Shown: positions 50,151-63,440 of the stretch, in pieces
Numbering within the stretch: position 1 is the first letter of the stretch
Layout: the number at the start of each line of letters is the position of its first letter
Position numbers and translations under genes: made by a program
Assembly (NCBI GenBank): GCA_964016885.1
Contig: OZ024762.1
Span: 29,636,001 to 29,700,000 of the forward strand
Reading direction: 5' to 3'
DNA from: Eledone cirrhosa
Lineage: Eukaryota
Length of the DNA stretch: 64,000 nt
Notes under the pieces: generated by a model
What the model saw: only the letters and a program-made list of their open reading frames with translations
Told to the model about the DNA's origin: nothing
Databases searched by the model: none

Positions 50151-52519
50151 ACTGGGAGATTTTTACCGTGTTGCCTACACGGCCACATTACAGCGTGGAC
50201 TGTCTGGCGGGTTTTCTACGGCTGGATGCCCTTCCTAACACCAACCACATTTACATTGTGGACTGGGAGATTTTTACCGTGTTGCCTACACGGCCACATT
50301 ACAGCGTGGACTGACTGGCGGGTTTTCTACAGCTGGATGCTCTCCCTAACACCAACCACATTTACAGTGTGGACTGGGAGATTTTTACGGTGTTGCCTAC
50401 ACGGCCACATTACAGCGTGGACTGTCTGGCGGGTTATCTACGGCTGGATGCCCTTCCTAACACCAACCACATTTACAGTGTGGGGCTGGGAGGTTTTTAC
50501 TGTGTTGCCTACACAGCCACATTACAGCGTGGACTGTCTGGCGGGTTTTCTACAGCTGGATGCCCTTCCTAACACCAACTACATTTACAGTGTGGAACTG
50601 GGAGGTTTTTACCGTGTTGCCTACACGGCCACATTACAGCGTGGACTGTCTGGCGGGTTTTCTACGGCTGGATGCCCTTCCTAACACCAACCACATTTAC
50701 AGTGTGGGCTGGGGGGTTTTTACCGTGTTGCCTACACGGCCACATTACAGTGTGGACTGTCTGGCGGGTTTTCTACAGCTGGATGCCCTTCCTAACACCA
50801 ACTACGCTTACAGTGTGGAACTGGGAGGTTTTTACCGTGTTGCCTACACGGCCACATTACAGCGTGGACTGTCTGGCGGGTTTTCTACAGCTGGATGCCC
50901 TTCCTAACACCAACCACATTTACAGTGTGGACTGGGAGATTTTTACCGTGTTGCCTACACGGCCACATTACAGCCTGGACTGTCTGGCGGGTTTTCTACG
51001 GCTGGATGCCCTTCCTAACACCAACCACATTTAGTGTGGGGTTGCGACGTTTTTACTGTGTTGCCTACACGGCCACATTACAGCGTGGACTGTCTGGCGG
51101 GTTTTCTACGGCTGGATGCCCTTCCTAACACCAACCACATTTACAGTGTGGGGCTGGGAGGTTTTTACTGTGTTGCCTACACAGCCACATTACAGCGTGG
51201 ACTGTCTGGCGGGTTTTCTACAGCTGGATGCCCTTCCTAACACCAACTACGTTTACAGTGTGGACTGGGAGGTTTTTACCGTGTTGCCTACACGGCCACA
51301 TTACAGCGTGGACTGTCTGGCGGGTTTTCTACGGCTGGATGCCCTTCCTAACACCAACCACATTTACAGTGTGGGCTGGGAGGTTTTTACCGTGTTGCCT
51401 ACACGGCCACATTACAGCGTGGACTGTCTGGCGGGTTTTCTACAGCTGGATGCGCTTCCTAACACCAACCACATTTACAGTGTGGACTGGGAGATTTTTA
51501 CCGTGTTGCCTACACGGCCACAATACAGCGTGGACTGTCTGGCGGGTTTTCTACGGCTGGATGCCCTTCCTAACACCAACCACATTTACAGTGTGGACTG
51601 GGAGGTTTTTACTGTGTTGCCTACACGGCCACATTACAGCGTGGACTGTCTGGCGGGTTTTCTACGGCTGGATGCCCTTCCTAACACCAACCACATTTAC
51701 AGTGTGGACTGGGAGGTTTTTACCGTGTTGCCTACAAGGCCACATTACAGCGTGGACTGTCTGGCGGGTTTTCTACGGCTGGATGCCCTTCCTAACACCA
51801 ACCACATTTACATTGTGGACAGGGAGATTTTTACCGTGTTGCCTACACGGCCACATTACAGCGTGGACTGTCTGGCGGGTTATCTACGGCTGGATGCCCT
51901 TCCTAACACCAACCACATTTACAGTGTGGACTGGGAGGTTTTTACCGTGTTGCCTACACGGCCACATTACAGCGTGGACTGTCTGGCGGGTTTTCTACAG
52001 CTGGATGCCCTTCCTAACACCAACTACGTTTACAGTGTGGAACTGGGAGGTTTTTCCCGTGTTGCCTACACGGCCACATTACAGCGTGGACTGTCTGGCG
52101 GGTTTTCTACAGCTGGATGCCCTTCCTAACACCAACCACATTTACAGTGTGGACTGGGAGATTTTTACCGTGTTGCCTACACGGCCACATTACAGCGTGG
52201 ACTGTCTGGCGGGTTTTCTACGGCTGGATGCCCTTCCTAACACCAACCACATTTACAGTGTGGACTGGGAGGTTTTTACCGTGTTGCCTACACGGCCACA
52301 TTACAGCGCGGACTGTCTGGCGGGTTATCTACGGCTGGATGCCCTTCCTAACACCAACCACATTTACAGTGTGGAACTGGGAGGTTTTTACCGTGTTGCC
52401 TACACGGCCACATTACAGCGTGGACTGTCTGGCGGGTTTTCTACGGCTGGATGCTATTCCTAACACCAACCACATTTACATTTTGGACTGGGAGATTTTT
52501 ACCGTGTTGCCTACACGGC

Positions 52520-55500
52520 CACATTACAGCGTGGACTGACTGGCGGGTTTTCTACAGCTGGATGCTCTTCCTAACACCAACCACATTTACAGTGTGGACT
52601 GGGAGATTTTTACCGTGTTGCCTACACGGCCACATTACAGCGTGGACTGTCTGGCGGGTTTTCTACGGCTGGATGCCCTTCCTAATACCAACCACATTTA
52701 GTGTGGGGTTGCGACGTTTTTACTGTGTTGCCTACACGGCCACATTACAGCGTGGACTGTCTGGCGGGTTTTCTACGGCTGGATGCCCTTCCTAACACCA
52801 ACCACATTTACAGTGTGGGGCTGGGAGGTTTTTACTGTGTTGCCTACACAGCCACATTACAGCGTGGACTGTCTGGCGGGTTTTCTACAGCTGGATGCCC
52901 TTCCTAACACCAACTACGTTTACAGTGTGGACTGGGAGGTTTTTACCGTGTTGCCTACACGGCCACATTACAGCGTGGACTGTCTGGCGAGTTTTCTACG
53001 GCTGGATGCCCTTCCTAACACCAACCACATTTACAGTGTGGGCTGGGAGGTTTTTACCGTGTTGCCTACACGGCCACATTACAGCGTGGACTGTCTGGCG
53101 GGTTTTCTACAGCTGGATGCGCTTCCTAACACCAACCACATTTACAGTGTGGACTGGGAGATTTTTACCGTGTTGCCTACACGGCCACAATACAGCGTGG
53201 ACTGTCTGTCGGGTTTTCTACGGATGGATGCCCTTCCTAACACCAACCACATTTACAGTGTGGACTGGGAGATTTTTACCGTGTTGCATACACGGCCACA
53301 TTACAGCGTGGACTGACTGGCGGGTTTTCTACAGCTGGATGCTCTTCCTAACACCAACCACATTTACAGTGTGGACTGGGAGATTTTTACCGTGTTGCCT
53401 ACACGGCCACATTACAGCGTGGACTGTCTGGCGGGTTTTCTACGGCTGGATGTCCTTCCTAACACAAACCACATTTACAGTGTGGGGCTGGGAGGTTTTT
53501 CCTGTGTTGCCTACACAGCCACATTACAGCGTGGACTGTCTGGCGGGTTTTCTACAGCTGGATGCCCTTCCTAACACCAACTACGTTTACAGTGTAGAAC
53601 TGGGAGGTTTTTACCGTGTTGCCTACACGGCCACATTACAGCGTGGACTGTCTGGCGGGTTTTCTACGGCTGGATGCCCTTCCTAACACCAACCACATTT
53701 ACAGTGTGGGCTGGGAGGTTTTTACCGTGTTGCCTACACGGCCACATTACAGCGTGGACTGTCTGGCGGGTTTTCTACAGCTGGATGCCCTTCCTAACAC
53801 CAACCACATTTACAGTGTGGACTGGGAGATTTTTACCGTGTTGCCTACACGGCCACATTATAGCGTGGACTGTCAGGCGGGTTTTCTACGGCTGGATGCC
53901 CTTCCTAACACCAACGACATTTACAGTGTGGACTGGGAGGTTTTTACCGTGTTGCCTACACGGCCACATTACAGCGTGGACTGTCTGGCGTGTTTTCTAC
54001 GGCTGGATGCCATTCCTAACACCAACCACATTTACAGTGTGGACTGGGAGGTTTTTACCGTGTTGCATACAAGGCCACATTACAGCGTGGACTGTCTGGC
54101 GGGTTTTCTACGGCTGGATGCCCTTCCTAACACCAACCACATTTACATTGTGGACTGGGAGATTTTTACCGTGTTGCCTACACGGCCACATTACAGCGTG
54201 GACTGTCTGGCGGGTTTTCTACAGCTGGATGCACTTCCTAACACCAACCACATTTACAGTGTGGACTGGGAGATTTTACCGTGTTGCCTACACGGCCACA
54301 TTACGGCGTGGACTGTCTGGCGGGTTTTCTACGGCTGGATGCCCTTCCTAACACCAACCACATTAACAGTGTGGACTGGGAGGTTTTTACCGGGTTGCCT
54401 ACACGGCCACATTACAACGTGGACTGTCTGGCGGGTTTTCTACGGCTGGATGCCCTTCCTAACACCAACCACATTTACAGTGTGGAACTGGGAGGTTTTT
54501 ACCGTGTTGCCTACACGGCCACATTACAGCGTGGACTGTCTGGCGGGTTTTCTACGGCTGGATGCTATTCCTAACACCAACCACATTTACATTTTGGACT
54601 GGGAGATTTTTACCGTGTTGCCTACACGGCCACATTACAGCGTGGACTGACTGGCGGGTTTTCTACAGCTGGATGCTCTTCCTAACACCAACCACATTTA
54701 CAGTGTGGACTGGGAGATTTTTACCGTGTTGCCTACACGGCCACATTACAGCGTGGACTGTCTGGCGGGTTTTCTACGGCTGGATGCCCTTCCTAACACC
54801 AACCACATTTAGTGTGGGGTTGCGAGGTTTTTACTGTGTTGCCTACACGGCCACATTACAGCGTGGACTGTCTGGCGTGTTTACTACGGCTGGATGCCCT
54901 TCCTAACACCAACCACATTTACAGTGTGGACTGGGAGATTTTTACCGTGTTGCCTACACGGCCACATTACAGCGTGGACTGACTGGCGGGTTTTCTACAG
55001 CTGGATGCTCTTCCTAACACCAACCACATTTACAGTGTGGACTGGGAGATTTTTACCGTGTTGCCTACACGGCCACATTACAGCGTGGACTGTCTGGCGG
55101 GTTTTCTACGGCTGGATGCCCTTCCTAACACCAACCACATTTACAGTGTGGGGCTGGGAGGTTTTTACTGTGTTGCCTACACAGCCACATTACAGCGTGG
55201 ACTGTCTGGCGGGTTTTCTACAGCTGGATGCCCTTCCTAACACCAACTACGTTTACAGTGTGGAACTGGGAGGTTTTTACCGTGTTGCCTACACGGCCAC
55301 ATTACAGCGTGGACTGTCTGGCGGGTTTTCTACGGCTGGATGCCCTTCCTAACACCAACTACGTTTACAGTGTGGACTGGGAGATTTTTACCGTGTTGCC
55401 TACACGGCCACATTACAGCGTGGACTGTCTGGCGGGTTTTCTACGGCTGGATGCCCTTCCTAACACCAACCACATTTACAGTGTGGGGCTGGGAGGTTTT

Positions 55501-57450
55501 TACTGTGTTGCCTACACAGCCACAATACAGCGTGGACTGACTGGCGGGTTTTCTACAGCTGGATGCTCTTCCTAACACCAACCACATTTACAGTGTGGAC
55601 TGGGAGATTTTTACCGTGTTGCCTACACGGCCACATTACAGCGTGGACTGTCTGGCGGGTTTTCTACGGCTGGATGCCCTTCCTAACACCAACCACATTT
55701 AGTGTGGGGTTGCGACGTTTTTACTGTGTTGCCTACACGGCCACATTACAGCGTGGACTGTCTGGCGGGTTTTCTACGGCTGGATGCCCTTCCTAACACC
55801 AACCACATTTACAGTGTGGGGCTGGGAGGTTTTTACTGTGTTGCCTACACAGCCACATTACAGCGTGGACTGTCTGGCGGGTTTTCTACAGCTGGATGCC
55901 CTTCCTAACACCAACTACGTTTACAGTGTGGACTGGGAGGTTTTTACCGTGTTGCCTACACGGCCACATTACAGCGTGGACTGTCTGGCGGGTTTTCTAC
56001 GGCTGGATGCCCTTCCTAACACCAACCACATTTACAGTGTGGGCTGGGAGGTTTTTACCGTGTTGCCTACACGGCCACATTACAGCGTGGACTGTCTGGC
56101 GGGTTTTCTACAGCTGGATGCGCTTCCTAACACCAACCACATTTACAGTGTGGACTGGGAGATTTTTACCGTGTTGCCTACACGGCCACAATACAGCGTG
56201 GACTGTCTGGCGGGTTTTCTACGGCTGGATGCCCTTCCTAACACCAACCACATTTACAGTGTGGACTGGGAGATTTTTACCGTGTTGCCTACACGGCCAC
56301 ATTACAGCGTGGACTGACTGGCGGGTTTTCTACAGCTGGATGCTCTTCCTAACACCAACCACATTTACAGTGTGGACTGGGAGATTTTTACCGTGTTGCC
56401 TACACGGCCACATTACAGCGTGGACTGTCTGGCGGGTTTTCTACGGCTGGATGTCCTTCCTAACACCAACCACATTTACAGTGTGGGGCTGGGAGGTTTT
56501 TCCTGTGTTGCCTACACAGCCACATTACAGCGTGGACTGTCTGGCGGGTTTTCTACAGCTGGATGCCCTTCCTAACACCAACTACGTTTACAGTGTAGAA
56601 CTGGGAGGTTTTTACCGTGTTGCCTACACGGCCACTTTACAGCGTGGACTGTCTGGCGGGTTTTCTACGGCTGGATGCCCTTCCTAACACCAACCACATT
56701 TACAGTGTGGGCTGGGAGGTTTTTACCTTGTTGCCTACACGGCCACATTACAGCGTGGACTGTCTGGCGGGTTTTCTACAGCTGGATGCCCTTCCTAACA
56801 CCAACCACATTTACAGTGTGGACTGGGAGATTTTTACCGTGTTGCCTACACGGCCACATTATAGCGTGGACTGTCAGGCGGGTTTTCTACGGCTGGATGC
56901 CCTTCCTAACACCAACGACATTTACAGTGTGGACTGGGAGGTTTTTACCGTGTTGCCTACACGGCCACATTACAGCGTGGACTGTCTGGCGGGTTTTCTA
57001 CGGCTGGATGCCATTCCTAACACCAACCACATTTACAGCGTGGACTGGGAGGTTTTTACCGTGTTGCATACAAGGCCACATTACAGCGTGGACTGTCTGG
57101 CGGGTTTTCTACGGCTGGATGCCCTTCCTAACACCAACCACATTTACATTGTGGACTGGGAGATTTTTACCGTGTTGCCTACACGGCCACATTACAGCGT
57201 GGACTGTCTGGCGGGTTTTCTACAGCTGGATGCCCTTCCTAACACCAACCACATTTACAGTGTGGACTGGGAGATTTTTACCGTGTTGCCTACACGGCCA
57301 CATTACGGCGTGGACTGTCTGGCGGGTTTTCTACGGCTGGATGCCCTTCCTAACACCAACCACATTTACAGTGTGGACTGGGAGGTTTTTACCGGGTTGC
57401 CTACACGGCCACATTACAACGTGGACTGTCTGGCGGGTTATCTACGGCTG
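52520..57450 (+). repeat. Tandem higher-order repeat, period about 3001 bp (27 monomers), about 1.6 copies; its start also matches about 51030-51560 (offset 1667 bp, 15 monomers)
   Basis: ORF pairs 52701/55702, 53371/56372 and 53674/56675. Rare variants GTGTAGAAC, TGTCAGGCG, AACGACAT, GCCATTCC, GCATACAAGG, TTACGGCGTG and TTACAACGT each appear in both copies at about 3001 spacing. Confidence 0.88.
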
Positions 57451-60400
57451 GATGCCCTTCCTAACACCAACCACATTTACAGTGTGGACTGGGAGGTTTT
57501 TACCGTGTTGCCTACACGGCCACATTACAGCGTGGACTGTCTGGCGGGTTTTCTACAGCTGGATGCCCTTCCTAACACCAACTACGTTTACAGTGTGGAA
57601 CTGGGAGGTTTTTCCCGTGTTGCCTACACGGCCACATTACAGCGTGGACTGTCTGGCGGGTTTTCTACAGCTGGATGCCCTTCCTAACACCAACCACATT
57701 TACAGTGTGGACTGGGAGATTTTTACCGTGTTGCCTACACGGCCACATTACAGCGTGGACTGTCTGGCGGGTTTTCTACGGCTGGATGCCCTTCCTAACA
57801 CCAACCACATTTACAGTGTGGACTTTGAGGTTTTTACCGTGTTGCCTACACGGCCACATTACAGCGTGGACTGTCTGGCGGGTTTTCTACGGCTGGATGC
57901 CCTTCCTAACACCAACCACATTTACAGTGTGGAACTGGGAGGTTTTTACCGTGTTGCCTACACGGCCACATTACAGCATGGACTGTCTGGCGGGTTTTCT
58001 ACGGCTGGATGCTATTCCTAACACCAACCACATTTACATTTTGGACTGGGAGATTTTTACCGTGTTGCCTACACGGCCACATTACAGCGTGGACTGACTG
58101 GCGGGTTTTCTACAGCTGGATGCTCTTCCTAACACCAACCACATTTACAGTGTGGACTGGGAGATTTTTACCGTGTTGCCTACACGGCCACATTACAGCG
58201 TGGACTGTCTGGCGGGTTTTCTACGGCTGGATGCCCTTCCTAACACCAACCACATTTACAGTGTGGGGCTGGGAGGTTTTTACTGTGTTGCCTACACAGC
58301 CACATTACAGCGTGGACTGTCTGGCGGGTTTTCTACAGCTGGATGCCCTTCCTAACACCAACTACGTTTACAGTGTGGAACTGGGAGGTTTTTACCGTGT
58401 TGCCTACACGGCCACATTACAGCGTGGACTGTCTGGCGGGTTTTCTACGGCTGGATGCCCTTCCTAACACCAACCACATTTACAGTGTGGGCTGGGAGGT
58501 TTTTACCGTGTTGCCTACACGGCCACATTACAGTGTGGACTGTCTGGCGGGTTTTCTACAGCTGGATGCCCTTCCTAACACCAACTACGCTTACAGTGTG
58601 GAACTGGGAGGTTTTTACCGTGTTGCCTACACGGCCACATTACAGCGTGGACTGTCTGGCGGGTTTTCTACAGCTGGATGCCCTTCCTAACACCAACCAC
58701 ATTTACATTGTGGACTGGGAGATTTTTACCGTGTTGCCTACACGGCCACATTACAGCGTGGACTGTCTGGCGGGTTTTCTACAGCTGGATGCCCTTCCTA
58801 ACACCAACCACATTTACAGTGTGGACTGGGAGATTTTTACCGTGTTGCCTACACGGCCACATTACAGCGTGGACTGTCTGGCGGGTTTTCTACGGCTGGA
58901 TGCCCTTCCTAACACCAACCACATTTACAGTGTTGACTGGGAGGTTTTTAACGGGTTGCCTACACGGCCACATTACAGCGTGGACTGTCTGGCGGGTTTT
59001 CTACAGCTGGATGCCCTTCCTAACACCAACTACGCTTACAGTGTGGAACTGGGAGGTTTTTACCGTGTTGCCTACACGGCCACATTACAGCGTGGACTGT
59101 CTGGCGGGTTTTCTACAGATGGATGCCCTTCCTAACACCAACCACATTTACAGTGTGGACTGGGAGATTTTTACCGTGTTGCCTACACGGCCACATTACA
59201 GCGTGGACTGTCTGGCGGGTTTTCTACGGCTGGATGCCCTTCCTAACACCAACCACATTTACAGTGTGGACTGGGAGGTTTTTACCGTGTTGCCTACACG
59301 GCCACATTACAGCGTGGACTGTCTGGCGGGTTTTCTACGGCTGGATGCCCTTCCTAACACCAACCACATTTACAGTGTGGACTGGGAGGTTTTTACCGTG
59401 TTGCCTACACGGCCACATTACAGCGTGGACTGTCTGGCGGGTTTTCTACGGCTGGATGCCCTTCCTAACACCAACCACATCTAGTGTGGGGTTGCGAGGT
59501 TTTTACTGTGTTGCTTACACGGCCACATTATAGCGTGGACTGTCTGGCGGGTTTTCTACGGCTGGATGCCCTTCCTAACACCAACCACATTTACAGTGTG
59601 GACTGGGAGGTTTTTACCGTGTTGCCTACACGGCCACATTACAGCGTGGACTGTCTGGCGGGTTATCTACGGCTGGATGCCCTTCCTAACACCAACCACA
59701 TTTACAGTGTGGACTGGGAGGTTTTTACCGTGTTGCCTACACGGCCACATTACAGCGTGGACTGTCTGGCGGGTTTTCTACGGCTGGATGCCCTTCCTAA
59801 CACCAACCACATTTACATTGTGGACTGGGAGATTTTTACCGTGTTGCCTACACGGCCACATTACAGCGTGGACTGACTGGCGGGTTTTCTACAGCTGGAT
59901 GCTCTTCCTAACACCAACCACATTTACAGTGTGGACTGGGAGATTTTTACCGTGTTGCCTACACGGCCACATTACAGCGTGGACTGTCTGGCGGGTTTTC
60001 TACGGCTGGATGCCCTTCCTAACACCAACCACATTTACAGTGTGGGGCTGGGAGGTTTTTACTGTGTTGCCTACACAGCCACATTACAGCGTGGACTGTC
60101 TGGCGGGTTTTCTACAGCTGGATGCCCTTCCTAACACCAACTACGTTTACAGTGTGGAACTGGGAGGTTTTTACCGTGTTGCCTACACGGCCACATTACA
60201 GCGTGGACTGTCTGGCGGGTTTTCTACGGCTGGATGCCCTTCCTAACACCAACCACATTTACAGAGTGGGCTGGGAGGTTTTTACCGTGTTGCCTACACG
60301 GCCACATTACAGTGTGGACTGTCTGGCGGGTTTTCTACAGCTGGATGCCCTTCCTAACACCAACTACGCTTACAGTGTGGAACTGGGAGGTTTTTACCGT

Positions 60401-61456
60401 GTTGCCTACACGGCCACATTACAGCGTGGACTGTCTGGCGGGTTTTCTACAGCTGGATGCCCTTCCTAACACCAACCACATTTACAGTGTGGACTGGGAG
60501 ATTTTTACCGTGTTGCCTACACGGCCACATTACAGCGTGGACTGTCTGGCGGGTTTTCTACGGCTGGATGCCCTTCCTAACACCAACCACATTTACAGTG
60601 TGGACTGGGAGGTTTTTACCGTGTTGCCTACACGGCCACATTACAGCGTGGACTGTCTGGCGGGTTTTCTACAGCTGGATGCCCTTCCTAACACCAACCA
60701 CATTTACAGTGTGGACTGGGAGATTTTTACCGTGTTGCCTACACGGCCACATTACAGCGTGGACTGTCTGGCGGGTTTTCTACGGCTGGATGCCCTTCCT
60801 AACACCAACCACATTTACAGTGTGGACTGGGAGGTTTTTACCGTGTTGCCTACAAGGCCACATTACAGCGTGGACTGTCTGGCGGGTTATCTACGGCTGG
60901 ATGCCCTTCCTAACACCAACCACATTTACATTGTGGACAGGGAGATTTTTACCGTGTTGCCTACACGGCCACATTACAGCGTGGACTGTCTGGCGGGTTT
61001 TCTACAGCTGGATGCCCTTCCTAACACCAACCACATTTACAGTGTGGACTGGGAGATTTTTACCGTGTTGCCTACACGGCCACATTACAGCGTGGACTGT
61101 CTGGCGGGTTTTCTACGGCTGGATGCCCTTCCTAACACCAACCACATTTACAGTGTGGACTGGGAGGTTTTTACCGTGTTGCCTACAAGGCCACATTACA
61201 GCGTGGACTGTCTAGCGGGTTATCTACGGCTGGATGCCCTTCCTAACACCAACCACATTTACAGTGTGGACTGGGAGGTTTTTACCGTGTTGCCTACACG
61301 GCCACATTACAGCGTGGACTGTCTGGCGGGTTTTCTACAGCTGGATGCCCTTCCTAACACCAACTACGTTTACAGTGTGGAACTGGGAGGTTTTTCCCGT
61401 GTTGCCTACACGGCCACATTACAGCGTGGACTGTCTGGCGGGTTTTCTACAGCTGG

Positions 61457-63440
61457 ATGCCCTTCCTAACACCAACCACATTTACAGTGTGGACTGGGAG
61501 ATCTTTACCGTGTTGCCTACACGGCCACATTACAGCGTGGACTGTCTGGCGGGTTTTCTACGGCTGGATGCCCTTCCTAACACCAACCACATTTACAGTG
61601 TGGACTGGGAGGTTTTTACCGTGTTGTCTACACGGCCACATTACAGCGTGGACTGTCTGGCGGGTTATCTACGGCTGGATGCCCTTCCTAACACCAACCA
61701 CATTTACAGTGTGGAACTGGGAGGTTTTTACCGTGTTGCCTACACGGCCACATTACAGCGTGGACTGTCTGGCGGGTTTTCTACGGCTGGATGCTATTCC
61801 TAACACCAACCACATTTACATTTTGGACTGGGAGATTTTTACCGTGTTGCCTACACGGCCACATTACAGCGTGGACTGTCTGGCGGGTTATCTACGGCTG
61901 GATGCCCTTCCTAACACCAACCACATTTACAGTGTGGAACTGGGAGGTTTTTACCGTGTTGCCTACACGGCCACATTACAGCGTGGACTGTCTGGCGGGT
62001 TTTCTACGGCTGGATGCTATTCCTAACACCAACCACATTTACAGTGTGGACTGGGAGATTTTTACCGTGTTGCCTACACGGCCACATTACAGCGTGGACT
62101 GTCTGGCGGGTTATCTACGGCTGGATGCCCTTCCTAACACCAACCACATTTACAGTGTGGACTGGGAGGTTTTTACCGTGTTGCCTACACGGCCACATTA
62201 CAGCGTGGACTGTCTGGCGGGTTTTCTACGGCTGGATGCCCTTCCTAACACCAACCACATTTACATTGTGGACTGGGAGATTTTTACCGTGTTGCCTACA
62301 CGGCCACATTACAGCGTGGACTGACTGGCAGGTTTTCTACAGCTGGATGCTCTTCCTAACACCAACCACATTTACAGTGTGGACTGGGAGATTTTTACCG
62401 TGTTGCCTACACGGCCACATTACACCGTGGACTGTCTGGCGGGTTTTCTACGGCTGCATGCCCTTCCTAACACCAACCACATTTACAGTGTGGGGCTGGG
62501 AGGTTTTTACTGTGTTGCCTACACAGCCACATTACAGTGTGGACTGTCTGGCGGGTTTTCTACAGCTGGATGCCCTTCCTAACACCAACTACGTTTACAG
62601 TGTGGAACTGGGAGGTTTTTACCGTGTTGCCTACACGGCCACATTACAGCGTGGACTGTCTGGCGGGTTTTCTACGGCTGGATGCCCTTCCTAACACCAA
62701 CCACATTTACAGTGTGGGCTGGGAGGTTTTTACCGTGTTGCCTACACGGCCACATTACAGCGTGGACTGTCTGGCGGGTTTTCTACAGCTGGATGCCCTT
62801 CCTAACACCAACCACATTTACAGTGTGGACTGGGAGATCTTTACCGTGTTGCCTACACGGCCACATTACAGCGTGGACTGTCTGGCGGGTTTTCTACGGC
62901 TGGATGCCCTTCCTAACACCAACCACATTTACAGTGTGGACTGGGAGGTTTTTACCGTGTTGTCTACACGGCCACATTACAGCGTGGACTGTCTGGCGGG
63001 TTATCTACTGCTGGATGCCCTTCCTAACACCAACCACATTTACAGTGTGGAACTGGGAGGTTTTTACCGTGTTGCCTACACGGCCACATTACAGCGTGGA
63101 CTGTCTGGCGGGTTTTCTACGGCTGGATGCTATTCCTAACACCAACCACATTTACATTTTGGACTGGGAGATTTTTACCGTGTTGCCTACACGGCCACAT
63201 TACAGCGTGGACTGTCTGGCGGGTTATCTACGGCTGGATGCCCTTCCTAACACCAACCACATTTACAGTGTGGAACTGGGAGGTTTTTACCGTGTTGCCT
63301 ACACGGCCACATTACAGCGTGGACTGTCTGGCGGGTTTTCTACGGCTGGATGCTATTCCTAACACCAACCACATTTACAGTGTGGACTGGGAGATTTTTA
63401 CCGTGTTGCCTACACGGCCACATTACAGCGTGGACTGACT
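61457..63440 (+). repeat. Higher-order duplication, offset 1336 bp (12 monomers)
   Basis: ATCTTTACCG at 61501/62837, TGTCTACACG at 61625/62961, and ORF pairs 61791/63127 and 62014/63350. Confidence 0.85.
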
